From a virus (taxonomy: Duplodnaviria > Caudoviricetes): a DNA stretch of 64,000 nucleotides. The stretch spans positions 1-64,000 of the IMG/VR virus record IMGVR_UViG_3300043473_000069, one strand, 5' to 3'. The translations under genes were made by a program, and so were the position numbers. Each line of letters begins with the position of its first letter. The stretch's first letter is position 1. Positions 26,521-37,181 of the stretch are shown one piece after another. Below the pieces are notes generated by a model that did not search any database, had not been told where the DNA came from, and saw nothing but the letters and a program-made list of their open reading frames with translations.

Positions 26521-27227
26521 CCTACGTCGGCAGCCGGTTCGGACAGGACGGACCCCCTCGGATCGCTACGAGCGCCGAGCTACTGCTGGAGGCCACTGAG
26601 TTGCCACCGATACCGAACTATCAGGCGGTCGTCCCGTTCGTGCCCGGCACCATCTCGGGGGAGGACACCAGTTCGGCCTTCCAGACGATGGTCGATGGGC
26701 ACCTGCTGTGGCGGACCACGCCGTCCCGCTGCGACCTGATGTTCTACCAAGGCGACGACATCGTCATCCCGCTCTACTTCGATGACCCGTCGCTGACCGG
26801 CGACGACATGGAGTTGGGCTACGAGTGGCACGCCCAGATCCGTGTATTACACAGCTACCGCAGCACGCTGGTGGCCGACTTCGTCACCTCGGCCAACTAC
26901 ACGTCCGGGGCTGACGAGGCCACGCTGGTCGAACTGTTCCTGCCTCGCAGCATGAACGACCGCTGGGGCCTGTACCGCTGGGACCTGTACTCGATCCATC
27001 CCGTGGACTACAGCCGATTCCCCAAGCCCGATGACGTGGACGCTGCGGACTGGCCCCCGCCGGACACGCTCCGCACCTGGCTCTACGGCCTGGCGAAGAT
27101 CGCTCCACGGGTCAGTGACACCGACTTCCTGCCTCCGCCTGCCGGTGCCTTGCCCGCCGGAGGTGCGGTGGCAGCCGTGATGACCAACGGGGGCTTCGTT
27201 GTCGGACCGAACGGGAGGGTGCCGTGA
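26517..27227 (+). CDS. BppU-like/Ig-like tail adaptor protein
   Basis: DLMFYQGDD..W.AQIR..YRWDL..TWLYG pattern. Confidence 0.6.
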   Translation: MTYVGSRFGQDGPPRIATSAELLLEATELPPIPNYQAVVPFVPGTISGEDTSSAFQTMVDGHLLWRTTPSRCDLMFYQGDDIVIPLYFDDPSLTGDDMELGYEWHAQIRVLHSYRSTLVADFVTSANYTSGADEATLVELFLPRSMNDRWGLYRWDLYSIHPVDYSRFPKPDDVDAADWPPPDTLRTWLYGLAKIAPRVSDTDFLPPPAGALPAGGAVAAVMTNGGFVVGPNGRVP

Positions 27228-27442
27228 GCGAGGTCGATGTCACCGTCAGCAAGGGCGCTCCGATCGCTGTCACGGTCGGAGGCACCACTCCGATCGTCAT
27301 CGACGTCGGCACGACCGGCAAGCAGGGCAAGCCCGGCCCGAAGGGTCCCGAGGGAGGCACGCCGGTCGTGGCGGTGCCCTACGCCGACTGGCCTCCCGTC
27401 AATCCTCAGCCAGACACCCTCTACCTGAGACTCGCCCCGTAA
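27224..27442 (+). CDS. Short collagen-like minor tail protein
   Basis: GKQGKPGPKGPEG triplets; C-terminal PDTLY. Confidence 0.65.
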   Translation: MSEVDVTVSKGAPIAVTVGGTTPIVIDVGTTGKQGKPGPKGPEGGTPVVAVPYADWPPVNPQPDTLYLRLAP

Positions 27443-27454
27443 GGAGATACACCA

Positions 27455-27862
27455 ATGGGTTCCAAGTCCGACGCATGGGAGATCGAAGTCCTCAAGATGA
27501 CGACTGGTCAGGCGACCAGCATCATCACGAGCACGCCGCTCACGCCCTTCCTGGCCCTGTACACCGCCGATCCGACTGACTCGGCGGCGGGCACGGAGGT
27601 GTCCGGTGGCAGCTACGCCCGTGTCGCCTGCTCTGGCGGCACGAAGTGGGCGGCGCCCGCTGCGGGCTCGGTCACCACCAACGCCGTGGTCACCTTCCCC
27701 ACCGCCAGCGCCAACTGGGGCACCATCACCGGCTTCGCTCTGATGTCGGCGGTCACGGGCGGCACGATGCTGATGTGGGGCTCCCTCACGGCGTCGAAGG
27801 TCGTCAACAACGGTGACACGGCCAGCTTCGCTGCGGGGCAGTTGACGCTCACGGAGGACTGA
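27455..27862 (+). CDS. Tail fibre-associated structural protein
   Basis: LALYTADP..GTEVSGGSYAR..FPTASANWGTIT..GD...FAAG.L family pattern. Confidence 0.8.
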   Translation: MGSKSDAWEIEVLKMTTGQATSIITSTPLTPFLALYTADPTDSAAGTEVSGGSYARVACSGGTKWAAPAAGSVTTNAVVTFPTASANWGTITGFALMSAVTGGTMLMWGSLTASKVVNNGDTASFAAGQLTLTED

Positions 27863-27865
27863 TCC

Positions 27866-29197
27866 ATGCCTGGCAGGATCAGCGAACTGGGGGTCCTGAC
27901 CGGCGGCAGCGCCGCTACAACCGATGCCGTCGAGGTGCTTGACGTCTCCGACACCACGATGGCGGCGTCGGGCACCAACAAGAAGATGTCGTTGGCCGAG
28001 ATGGTCACCTTCTTCAACGCCAACGGTGCTGGGGGCACGCCGGTTGGCACCAAGCTCACCGACCTCACGCAGATGGGCGTCTCGGTCGGAGTGGGGCCTT
28101 CCAACGGTGACTTCATCGAGGTGGTGGACGTCTCCGACGTCACGATGCACCCGACAGGCACCAACAAGAAGCTGTCGCTGACGGATCTATGGTCATGGCT
28201 CTCCATCCCTTCGGACTACGTCCCGATCACGCTCAGCGTCACGGGTGGCGGGGGGCTGACCGGTGGTGGGACGCTCACCGCCAATCGCATCATCTCGATG
28301 GCGAACATGCCCGCCAACACGCTCAAGGGCAACAACACAGGTGGCTCGGCGGCACCTACTGATCTCACCGCTGCACAGGTCAAGGCGTTGCTGGCGATCA
28401 CCGGGACCGACATCGCCAACGACACGGTGACCAACACGCAGTTGGCCCCGATGCCCACGCTCACGATCAAGGGCAACAGCACCGGCAGCACGGCAGGGCC
28501 GCAGGACCTCACCGTGACCGAGACGCTTGCCCTGTTGAGCACGGGGGGCACTGGCAACTGGCACCGCTACCTGTTCTCGACCACCACGACGTCTGGCCCG
28601 GCGACCAACACGATCCGCTTCAACAACGCCACCCTGGCCTCGGTCACGGCGATCTACATCAACTACACGGCGATCGACCTCGACGTGAAGACCCGCCTCC
28701 TGCAACACACAGCAGGTGAGCGGTTCTACGTTCAGGGCGAAGCGTCCTCGGCCAACTACGTCTTCTTCCGGGTGACGGCAGCGCCCACGGACAACTCGAC
28801 CTACGCCACGCTGACGGTCGTCTACGAGTCCAGCGGCGGCTCGTTCACCGACAACCTCGACATCCTCGCTGGGTTCGTCATCGAGCCCAAGCTCACCTCC
28901 ATCAACGCTCAGGTCGGCACCACCTACACGCTGGTGATGTCCGACATCTACAAGATGGTCACGATGACCAACGGCTCGGCCATCACGCTCAACGTTCCGG
29001 CGAACTCCACCACACCGTTCCCGATCGGCACCACCATCGATCTCTCGCAGCTTGGGGCGGGGCAGGTGACGGTGGCATCCCCAGGCACCCCCACGGTCAA
29101 CGCAACACCGTCACGAGCGTTCAGGGCGCAGTACAGCGCTGCCACGCTGATCAAGTACGCCACCGATACCTGGCTACTGGTGGGCGACCTTGCATGA
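27866..29197 (+). CDS. Tail fibre protein
   Basis: Duplicated V.DVSD.TM...GTNKK and MP..T.KGN.TG repeats; C-terminal R.QYS.ATL.K..TD.WL.VGDL domain. Confidence 0.75.
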   Translation: MPGRISELGVLTGGSAATTDAVEVLDVSDTTMAASGTNKKMSLAEMVTFFNANGAGGTPVGTKLTDLTQMGVSVGVGPSNGDFIEVVDVSDVTMHPTGTNKKLSLTDLWSWLSIPSDYVPITLSVTGGGGLTGGGTLTANRIISMANMPANTLKGNNTGGSAAPTDLTAAQVKALLAITGTDIANDTVTNTQLAPMPTLTIKGNSTGSTAGPQDLTVTETLALLSTGGTGNWHRYLFSTTTTSGPATNTIRFNNATLASVTAIYINYTAIDLDVKTRLLQHTAGERFYVQGEASSANYVFFRVTAAPTDNSTYATLTVVYESSGGSFTDNLDILAGFVIEPKLTSINAQVGTTYTLVMSDIYKMVTMTNGSAITLNVPANSTTPFPIGTTIDLSQLGAGQVTVASPGTPTVNATPSRAFRAQYSAATLIKYATDTWLLVGDLA

Positions 29198-29919
29198 GAA
29201 CAGGGATCGTTGCCTCGGGGAAGCGGAACAAGGGCTACAAGGGCGCTGACGGCAACGGCGGCAGCAACGTCGGCGGTGCGACGCTCGTCATCACGACCAC
29301 GGGCGGCGTCGGGTTCGTTGCCGGTGACCTCGTCATTGTCCGAGTGGCTGGCGACAACCTCAGCGCCACGACGCCGACGATCACCGTCACCGACAACGCT
29401 GCGGGCGGCAGCAACACGTACACGCAGATCGCCTTCGCTGGGGTCAACGCCACCGCAGCGGCGGGCTGTGTCGGAGGGATCTTCGCCACCAAGGCGGCGA
29501 GGGCGCTCGCTGCAGGTGGCACCATCACGGTCACGTACTCGGGCTCGATCACGGCCAAGGCGGCGTACATCGAGGTCTTCTCCGGCTACGAGATCACGCT
29601 CCGCAACGCCGCCGTCACCGCCACGGGCGCCAGCACGGCTCCAGCCGTGACGAGTGGCAGCGCCGAGATCGGTGACCTCGTGATCGGCGCCGTGGCCTTC
29701 GAATCCCGTGGCACACCGACCTTCGACGCCGACACCACCAACGGCCCGTGGGTCGTCCCGTTCAACAAGCCCAACGCCACCTCGGGCTCGGACGCCGCCT
29801 GTGTCCAGGCCAGCGGCCAGCACAAGTTCCCGACCGCCGCCGGGGCGCAGACCTACAACAACACCATCACCTCGACCGAATGGGTGGCGATGATCGCCAT
29901 CTTCCAACCCACCCCGTGA
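29194..29919 (+). CDS. Minor tail/fibre beta-sandwich protein
   Basis: Two GDLVI repeats; T/A/G-rich. Confidence 0.7.
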   Translation: MRTGIVASGKRNKGYKGADGNGGSNVGGATLVITTTGGVGFVAGDLVIVRVAGDNLSATTPTITVTDNAAGGSNTYTQIAFAGVNATAAAGCVGGIFATKAARALAAGGTITVTYSGSITAKAAYIEVFSGYEITLRNAAVTATGASTAPAVTSGSAEIGDLVIGAVAFESRGTPTFDADTTNGPWVVPFNKPNATSGSDAACVQASGQHKFPTAAGAQTYNNTITSTEWVAMIAIFQPTP

Positions 29920-29920
29920 T

Positions 29921-32665
29921 ATGGCACTAACAGCAGGACGTCTCACCCAGGGCGGGCAGATGCGTGGGCTCCAGGCCGGGTCCAACCGTGTGTTACAGAG
30001 CTACGTCAGCGGTGGAGGCGGTCCCGTCACGCTCCCTGACACCTTCGACCGGGCGACGCTGGGCGCCGAGTACATCACCAACAGCGCCCTCACCGACTGG
30101 CAGATCGTCAGCAGCACGCTGCGGGCCGTGGCCCCGTTCGATGGGGACTGGCTGCTGTGGGCGCAGCCTGTTGGTGCCGACATCGAGGTGAGCGGTTCGT
30201 TCGACGTGGACGGCACCGTCAACCAGGGAGCCAGCAACCTGCTCGCCCGCTCGACCTCGACCGTCTACCTCCAGGACGGCATCGCCGCCCAGTTGCTCGG
30301 CGGGACGTGGACGGCACCCCAGGACCACCTGATGCTGCGACTGATCAGCATCCACAACAACGACGAGACGGTGCTCGGGACCTACGACCTGGGCTTCCTT
30401 GTCGCTCCGCTCACCACCCAGACGATCACCCTGCGCTGTGCCGGGGATCAACTCAGCGTGCTCTACGACGGTGCCGTGGTCATCGGTCCCGTAACACACA
30501 GCACCTACCAGACCAACACGTATGCGGGTATCCGCATCTACGACGGTGATCACGCCGGTCAGCACCGGCTCCGAGAGTTCAACGCCCAGCCGTACGCAGT
30601 CGTCGGCCCGACCGTCCCGTCCGCTCCCGCCGCTCCCGTCCTCGTGGCCGGTGATGCCCACATCGTCGCCACCGTCACCCCTCCGGCCAACGGGGGCAGC
30701 CCGATCACCGGGTACAACTGGACTTACCGCTGGACCGGCGGCGGCGAGTTCTGGTCCTTCGCTGGCTACACCACCGGCACCACGTTCGACTTCACCGGCA
30801 TCACGAACGGCCAGAGCTACGACGTGCGGGTCGAGGCCGACAACAGCGTTGGCCGTAGCGCCCCCTCGTCGTTCTCCTCGGCCACACCGGCGGCGGGGAC
30901 GCCCGCCATCTACAGCGATGACTTCAACCGTGCTGACGGTGCGCTCACCACACCGTGGGTGGCGGTTGGAGGCGCCCTCGCTGTCGCCAGCAACAAGCTC
31001 ACCAGCGTTGGGTCTGATCTGAACTTCTATCGCTACAACCAGACGTTCGCTGCCGACCAATGGTCCGAGGCTGACGTGGCCGGAACCGTCGAGGGCGGTA
31101 CGTCGATCGGTCCGGCCGTTCGTATCAACGGTGACGATCTGGTCTACATGTGGTTCTCCAACATCCCGGCTCGGGTCACCATCTGGAAGCGGATCGGCGG
31201 CGCCTACACCCAACTGGCAACGAACAGCACGGCTCCTCTGGCGGCGTTCAGGGCTCGCCTGGAGGTGCAGGGCACGACGTACCGGGCGTACATCGATGGG
31301 GCGCTGGTCGCCACCGGCACCGACTCCAGCCTGGCGACGGGCCAGCCGGGTGTGCTCGGAGCGAACGGGGCGGGAGCGACGCTCGACAACTGGCGGGGCG
31401 GTGACCTGCCGTACACGCCGCTGTACGTCGGCTACCGCACGTTCGACGCCACGAAGACCCAGAAGATCGTCGTGGATGTCGGGGAGTCCACGGCGCAGAC
31501 GTTCGACACCTACTCGCTGTTCTCCTTGGTGCGTGCCACTGCACTGGGAAGCGGGGTCAGCTACACCCACATGACGGCAGCAAGGGCGGACGGCAGCCGG
31601 TGCGTCTACTGGTACCTCAACTGGGACAGTCGGCAAGAGACGGACGTCATCAATCAGATCTACACGTCAGGTGGTCCACAGGTCACGGTGGGCGAGTGGA
31701 CGCTCCTCGGCATCACCAAGCCGCCAGGGACGGTGCAGCCGACGTATCACATGTACAAGTTCGGCACGCAGGCGTGGTACCACGACCTCGGCGGGAACCT
31801 CCACGGCACCGCTGCGATGGGGGCGGGTGGCGAGTGGTACCTCGGGCACGACAGGGGCGGGGAGGAGGCGTGGTACGGCGATATCGCAGCACAGGCCTTC
31901 TTCGATCGTGTGATCACGACCGCTGAGGTCGAGAGCCTGGACAACAACCTGGCCTCCTGGCTCCACCTCAACCCCGTTCACTGTTGGCGCCTCGACCAGA
32001 CGACGATCACGGACCTCGTGGGTAGCGCTCACCAGAAGGCGATCACCGGTCCTCCTGCGATCAGCGGTGAGAGCCCGTTGCTCATCGCACCGATGGTCTT
32101 CCAAGACAGCTTCGACCGGGCCAACACGACCAGCGTGGAGGTTGGCGGTGTCGGCCTCGGTGCCGAGTGGGAGGGTGGAGCGTGGGAGATCGCCTCCAAC
32201 TCGGCGCACAAGACCGGCAGTCTCGACTTCGCCGTGTTCAAGCACGACGTGGGCTCGCCCGACATGTGGGTCGAGGCCGACATCACGCCGAACGCCTACG
32301 GCGGCGGTGCTGCAGGAGGGTTCGGGTGCATCAACCTGCGTGATGCCGGGAGCAACGCCGACAACGGCTACCTCGGGTTCTGGGCGCCGGACGGTCGTTG
32401 GGTCATCGGCTCGGTCATAGGGGGGTACCACGACATCCAGTCGGTGTCCTCCGGCGGCATCCCGACGTTCCCGCTCCACCTGAGGCTGGAGGCCCAGGGC
32501 ACGGCGCTGCGTCTGTACAACCAGGACTCCCTGGTGGCCTCGGTCACCAGCACGGAGCGGACCGCTTCGGCTGCTCACCAGTACTGTGGGCTGAACGCTG
32601 GCGTTGAGGTGAGCGTGCACAACTATCGGTGCGGGGCGCTCCCGTACTCGTACGGGGTGTCATGA
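29921..32665 (+). CDS. Multi-domain receptor-binding protein (lectin-like x3, FN3, LamG-like)
   Basis: Three D.F.RA..LG modules, FN3 P..NGGSPITGY..Y.VRV.A.NSVG.S, and a LamG-like segment. Confidence 0.75.
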   Translation: MALTAGRLTQGGQMRGLQAGSNRVLQSYVSGGGGPVTLPDTFDRATLGAEYITNSALTDWQIVSSTLRAVAPFDGDWLLWAQPVGADIEVSGSFDVDGTVNQGASNLLARSTSTVYLQDGIAAQLLGGTWTAPQDHLMLRLISIHNNDETVLGTYDLGFLVAPLTTQTITLRCAGDQLSVLYDGAVVIGPVTHSTYQTNTYAGIRIYDGDHAGQHRLREFNAQPYAVVGPTVPSAPAAPVLVAGDAHIVATVTPPANGGSPITGYNWTYRWTGGGEFWSFAGYTTGTTFDFTGITNGQSYDVRVEADNSVGRSAPSSFSSATPAAGTPAIYSDDFNRADGALTTPWVAVGGALAVASNKLTSVGSDLNFYRYNQTFAADQWSEADVAGTVEGGTSIGPAVRINGDDLVYMWFSNIPARVTIWKRIGGAYTQLATNSTAPLAAFRARLEVQGTTYRAYIDGALVATGTDSSLATGQPGVLGANGAGATLDNWRGGDLPYTPLYVGYRTFDATKTQKIVVDVGESTAQTFDTYSLFSLVRATALGSGVSYTHMTAARADGSRCVYWYLNWDSRQETDVINQIYTSGGPQVTVGEWTLLGITKPPGTVQPTYHMYKFGTQAWYHDLGGNLHGTAAMGAGGEWYLGHDRGGEEAWYGDIAAQAFFDRVITTAEVESLDNNLASWLHLNPVHCWRLDQTTITDLVGSAHQKAITGPPAISGESPLLIAPMVFQDSFDRANTTSVEVGGVGLGAEWEGGAWEIASNSAHKTGSLDFAVFKHDVGSPDMWVEADITPNAYGGGAAGGFGCINLRDAGSNADNGYLGFWAPDGRWVIGSVIGGYHDIQSVSSGGIPTFPLHLRLEAQGTALRLYNQDSLVASVTSTERTASAAHQYCGLNAGVEVSVHNYRCGALPYSYGVS

Positions 32666-35600
32666 CCCGCTACCTGGAGTCCGGCGCCGCTCGCAACGAG
32701 GAGGACGGTTCCGCCCGTGTCCTGGAGTCCGGTGCGGCAGCGGGAGTCGTAGACCTTGCGGGTACCACCGGCGGCTTGAGCACGGCGACCGGCACGCTGT
32801 CCACCACTGGCGCCGCTGGTGGGCTGCCCATCACCGAGACGTGGACCGGTAGCAACGGCACGCCGTGGCCGACCCCGAAGTGGTCGATCACCAAGGCGTG
32901 GCCGCAGTACGTGGTCACTGACACCATCCAGGGCAACCGTGGACGGCTGGTGGTTGGCGACGTTCCCTACGCCTTCGGTCTGGCCGAACTTGCTGACAGC
33001 ACGCACACCGACGTTGAGATCACCTTCACGTACGCCATCGGGAACGCCACCAGGGAGTCCTACACCGAGGTGTTCTACCGGATGGACCACACCGGCACCA
33101 TCGGTGAACCGCCCTCCTCCGGGTGGCCCATCGATTGCTACGCCATCGACATCGAGCCCCAGATCAACACGGTCTTTCTGGCGAACCTCGACGCCGGAGG
33201 CATCGGGACCAACATCGCCACCGTCGCCTCGGCCGGGGTCAACGTCACGTCGGACATCAAGTTCCGCATCCTCGTTGTCGGCAGCAACCACAAGGTGAGG
33301 TGGTGGCCTGCCACCGGCACTGAGCCGAGTACGTGGCAGATCGACCTCAACGACTCGACGTGGACCTCGGGTCACTTCGCCCTCGGGCTCTACGAGGGTG
33401 ACTATGTCGGCGGTTCCAACCAGGCCGAGTTCGATGACCTCCGGGTCGCTGCACCGACGACGCCGACGACACTGATGAAGGGCGTCGGCGCCATCCCCGA
33501 CGCCAACACCGCCATCGATCTCGACACCCTCAACGTCTCCTGGTGGTACGAGTGGGACAACCAGACGACCCACGCACATGTGAGCCCGCCTGGCTACCAG
33601 TTCGTGCCGATGATGTGGGGCGACTGGGATCGCACCTACCCCGGCTTCGACATCGGTGGTACACCGGCCGAGGCGATCGGAGACTCCAGCATCCTGCTCG
33701 GCTTCAACGAGCCGAACATCCCCAGCCAGTCCGACATGACTGTCGCCCGGTGTCTGGAGTTGTGGCCGCAGATGGAGGCGACCGGCGCCCGGCTCGGCTC
33801 ACCGGCTCTGTCTCCGAACGGCGGGCAGGAGGCGTACCTCGACGCCTTCTTCGCAGGCAACCCTCGGGTGGACTTCCTGTGCCTCCACTGGTATCCCGAG
33901 TACGACGCTGGCTACCCCAACATCGGGAACTACCTCGACCACTATCACACGAGATACGGGCTGCCCATCTGGCTGACCGAGATCACCGCTGGCACCACTG
34001 GGAGCATCGCTGACAGCGCTGCGCTGATCACCACGACGATGGCGGCGTGTGAAGCACGCCCGTGGGTTGAGCGCATCGCCTGGTTCTTCCTGGCTCGTGA
34101 TCCAGGCGCCGCTGGATGGCCCAACTCCAGCCTGATCAACTCGGACGGCTCGCTCAATGCAGCGGGCACGGTGTACGCCTCCTACCCGCCAGGGGAGATC
34201 CCTCCTGACCCTTCGGGGCCAGTCCCGCTCGTCGGTACCTCCTCTGGTGTCTCCACGACCACGGGCTCGCTCGCTGTCACCAAGCCGCTCGTCGCCGTCG
34301 CATCGGCTGGCGTGAGCACGGCGACCGGCAACATGGTCGTATCTCACACGTTGGTGGCCGTGACTCCCGCAGGATCGAGCACCACGACCGCCACCATGGC
34401 CGTGGCCCGTGCACTCGTCGGGACGGCCGCTGGCTTGAGCACGACAGTGGGGGCGATGGCGAGAGCGGTTCCGCTCTCCGGCGCCTCGGGTGGGTTGTCG
34501 AGTGATACAGGGGTATCGGCTGTTGCTGTCGCCCTGTCCGGCTCCTCGACTGGCACGAGCACTGCGACTGGTGACCTCGGCGGCGCCTCATCCAGGGCGC
34601 TGGCCGGTCAGACCGATGGCTCATCCTCGACGATGGGATCGTTGTCCGTTGCCGTGGCACTGACTGGTCAGTCAGTAGCGAGTAGCACGGCGACTGCCGC
34701 CATGGCGAAGGCCGCTGCGCTGGTCGGTACGTCGGCGGGGTTGAGCACCACCACGGGCGCTCTGGCCCGTGCTGTGCCCCTGGCTGGCTCAGCAGCAGGC
34801 CTGAGCACGACGACGGGGAACATGGTCGTTGCCAAGGCGCTCGCTGGCTCCACGGGTGGGTTGAGCACGACCACCGGAGCGATGGCACGAGCGGTCCCGC
34901 TGACCGGTACGTCGGCCGGGCTGTCCACCACCACGGGAGCGTCGAATAGCGTAATTGCGCTATCGGGCACGTCGGCGGGGTCCAGTCAGACCCAGGGGCT
35001 CATGGACGGCACCGCTGCGACGCCTCTCGTCGGGACGGCGGCGGGCTCGTCCACCACGACTGGTGCCATGGCCGTTGCCAAGGCGTTGGTCGGTACCGCA
35101 GCGGGGACATCGACCACGACGGCTGCTTCGACCGTCGCTCACGCACTGCTCGGCGTCCCATCGAATGGCAACTCGTCCGCCACGGGGGCGATGGCAGTGG
35201 CCCGGTCCCTGGTGGGCACCACGGCCGGAGGTTCCACCACGACCGGCGCTCTGGTGGGCTCGTCGGGGATGGGCGGTTCCTCGGCTGGTAGCTCCACGAC
35301 GACAGGGACCATGGCCGGGATCGCCAAGGCGCTCAGCGGGTCGTCCACCGGCACCTCCACCGCCACCGGCAGTCTCACGTCCCAGGCCCCCAACAGCCTG
35401 TCCGGTGCCGCCGCTGGCAGCAGCACGACGACCGGGAACCTCGGCGTCGCCATGCGGCTGCCCTCGGCCAGCGCTGCCGGATCGAGCACCACGACCGGCA
35501 CGCTCTCACGCTCGGTCCCACTGGCTGGCAACGCCGTCCCCGGAACGAGCACGGCGACGGGCTCCATGGCTGTAGCTCGGGGCATGGTTGGCGCCTCTGC

Positions 35601-35856
35601 CGGTGGGAGCACGGCCGTTGCCACCGCTCGTGTGGCCGTTGCTCTGGTCGGCATGTCGGACGGTCAGAGCACGGTCATCGGAAGGGCAGCCACCGCCATC
35701 GCCCTGGCCGGGTTCTCCGTGGGCACCGCTGCCTCGTCTGGGACCTTGCAGGTGTTCTTCATCGCCCCCGTCTACGGCATCTGGAACGGCCAACCGTTCG
35801 ACGCCATGCAGTACGGCGACAAGGTGGTAACCGCTTGGATGCTGGTCCCGTCATGA
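32662..35856 (+). CDS. Virion fibre with GH128 beta-1,3-glucanase-like domain and ~21-aa tandem repeats
   Basis: WWYEW..FVPMMWG..LLGFNEP..RLGSPA..DFLCLHWY..LPIWLTE..ERIAWF; repeats L.G.SAG.STTTG. Confidence 0.85.
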   Translation: MTRYLESGAARNEEDGSARVLESGAAAGVVDLAGTTGGLSTATGTLSTTGAAGGLPITETWTGSNGTPWPTPKWSITKAWPQYVVTDTIQGNRGRLVVGDVPYAFGLAELADSTHTDVEITFTYAIGNATRESYTEVFYRMDHTGTIGEPPSSGWPIDCYAIDIEPQINTVFLANLDAGGIGTNIATVASAGVNVTSDIKFRILVVGSNHKVRWWPATGTEPSTWQIDLNDSTWTSGHFALGLYEGDYVGGSNQAEFDDLRVAAPTTPTTLMKGVGAIPDANTAIDLDTLNVSWWYEWDNQTTHAHVSPPGYQFVPMMWGDWDRTYPGFDIGGTPAEAIGDSSILLGFNEPNIPSQSDMTVARCLELWPQMEATGARLGSPALSPNGGQEAYLDAFFAGNPRVDFLCLHWYPEYDAGYPNIGNYLDHYHTRYGLPIWLTEITAGTTGSIADSAALITTTMAACEARPWVERIAWFFLARDPGAAGWPNSSLINSDGSLNAAGTVYASYPPGEIPPDPSGPVPLVGTSSGVSTTTGSLAVTKPLVAVASAGVSTATGNMVVSHTLVAVTPAGSSTTTATMAVARALVGTAAGLSTTVGAMARAVPLSGASGGLSSDTGVSAVAVALSGSSTGTSTATGDLGGASSRALAGQTDGSSSTMGSLSVAVALTGQSVASSTATAAMAKAAALVGTSAGLSTTTGALARAVPLAGSAAGLSTTTGNMVVAKALAGSTGGLSTTTGAMARAVPLTGTSAGLSTTTGASNSVIALSGTSAGSSQTQGLMDGTAATPLVGTAAGSSTTTGAMAVAKALVGTAAGTSTTTAASTVAHALLGVPSNGNSSATGAMAVARSLVGTTAGGSTTTGALVGSSGMGGSSAGSSTTTGTMAGIAKALSGSSTGTSTATGSLTSQAPNSLSGAAAGSSTTTGNLGVAMRLPSASAAGSSTTTGTLSRSVPLAGNAVPGTSTATGSMAVARGMVGASAGGSTAVATARVAVALVGMSDGQSTVIGRAATAIALAGFSVGTAASSGTLQVFFIAPVYGIWNGQPFDAMQYGDKVVTAWMLVPS
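34228..35750 (+). repeat. About 24 degenerate ~63-bp coding repeats
   Basis: Unit LxGxSAGxSTTTGxM/LAxAxx. Confidence 0.85.
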
Positions 35857-35868
35857 GAGGATGTAGCT

Positions 35869-36291
35869 GTGGCGAACGCCAAGTACTCGCAGGTCATTGA
35901 CCTCCTGGCTGCCGGGAAGTTGAACTGGGCCACGAACAACATCCAGGCAGCCCTTCTGCAGGGGGAGAGCTTCGATGAGTCACACCGCAAGCTCTCCGAG
36001 GTGGGAACACCTGTGGCTCGACAGCCGATCCAGGGCCGCTCTGTGGCTGCTGGCGGCGCTTTCCTGGGCTATGCGGTGGCTTTCCCACGGGTTGCCGCCG
36101 GGAACTACCAGGTCGTCGTCATGCAGGACGACGGCATGGACCCCAACGTCTTGGCCTGGTATGACACGGACGAGCAGGACGATCCGCTCTCGACCGAGAA
36201 CGAGGGCACGCTCGTCGTCCGTCCGATCGTTGTCCCCAGCGACCTGCCGCCGGACTCCTCCTCCACGACCCGTGTCTGGATGACGGTGTGA
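35869..36291 (+). CDS. Virion structural protein
   Basis: MANAKY..L.AG.LNW....I.AAL pattern; position in the structural module. Confidence 0.65.
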   Translation: MANAKYSQVIDLLAAGKLNWATNNIQAALLQGESFDESHRKLSEVGTPVARQPIQGRSVAAGGAFLGYAVAFPRVAAGNYQVVVMQDDGMDPNVLAWYDTDEQDDPLSTENEGTLVVRPIVVPSDLPPDSSSTTRVWMTV

Positions 36292-37181
36292 GCCTCGCCA
36301 CCATCACCGCCACGGCCCGCCAACTGGTGCGGGACTTCCCCAAGTACTTCGAAGTTGAGTTGGGTCCACTCAACATCTTGACGGTCAGGCTGCCTCACCC
36401 GCTGATCCAGCCGTCCTCGGTGCAGGTCTACGTGGCAACGCCTTCCCCCATCACTGGGCAGCCGCCGACGACGGCGCTGTCCACTGCCTGGGAACTCGAT
36501 GACAGAAACGGCCTGCTCAAGATCACTGATGCCACCGTGCTCAACAAGCGAGTGCTCATAGCGGCGTATCACTACACCTGGTTCGCTGACTCCGACTTGG
36601 CGCTGGCCTCGACCATGTCGGCAGGGGAGACGTTGTACAACAGCACCGCCGACATCGATGACATCGAGGGCATCTACACGGAGGTCACGGCGATGGGCGC
36701 CGTGGTCCGTGCGCTGTGGTCGCTGGCTCTGGAGTTGTCACTCGACATCGACGTCTCCACGCCCGAGGGCATGTACATCCCGGCACGCCAGCGCTACCAG
36801 CAGGTGATGCAGATGATGCAGTACTGGGAGAACGAGTACGCCACTCGTGCCCAGGCGCTCAACATCGGCCTCGGCCAACTGGAGCAGTTCCAACTGCGTC
36901 GGGTGGCGTATCTCACGAACCGCTACGTGCCGGTGTACAAGGCCCGTGAGGTCGATGACCCACGCTGGCCGCAGCGGCTCTACCCGCCCATCCCTGACGG
37001 CACGATGAACACCCCCACCCAGGCTGACTGGGACATCGTGGAGGTGGTGGCCGAGTCGGAGCCCGGTGACCTCGCCAACCGTGCCGTGACCGGTCCCACC
37101 GGCCGCTGGTACGGCGGTCAGGACATCGGCTGGACGTCCATCGGGACCCGTGGTGATACGGAGTACCTGGAGGGCCGCTGA
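36288..37181 (+). CDS. Neck/head-tail adaptor protein
   Basis: DIDVSTPEG..IP..QRY.Q..LRRVA..TNRYVP.Y...E.DD motif; position. Confidence 0.65.
   Translation: MSLATITATARQLVRDFPKYFEVELGPLNILTVRLPHPLIQPSSVQVYVATPSPITGQPPTTALSTAWELDDRNGLLKITDATVLNKRVLIAAYHYTWFADSDLALASTMSAGETLYNSTADIDDIEGIYTEVTAMGAVVRALWSLALELSLDIDVSTPEGMYIPARQRYQQVMQMMQYWENEYATRAQALNIGLGQLEQFQLRRVAYLTNRYVPVYKAREVDDPRWPQRLYPPIPDGTMNTPTQADWDIVEVVAESEPGDLANRAVTGPTGRWYGGQDIGWTSIGTRGDTEYLEGR

Noticed and set aside
34228-35750. DGR template/variable repeats or a satellite
   Set aside because: The repeats are degenerate at synonymous positions (protein-level), with no adenine-specific variation and no reverse transcriptase in the window.
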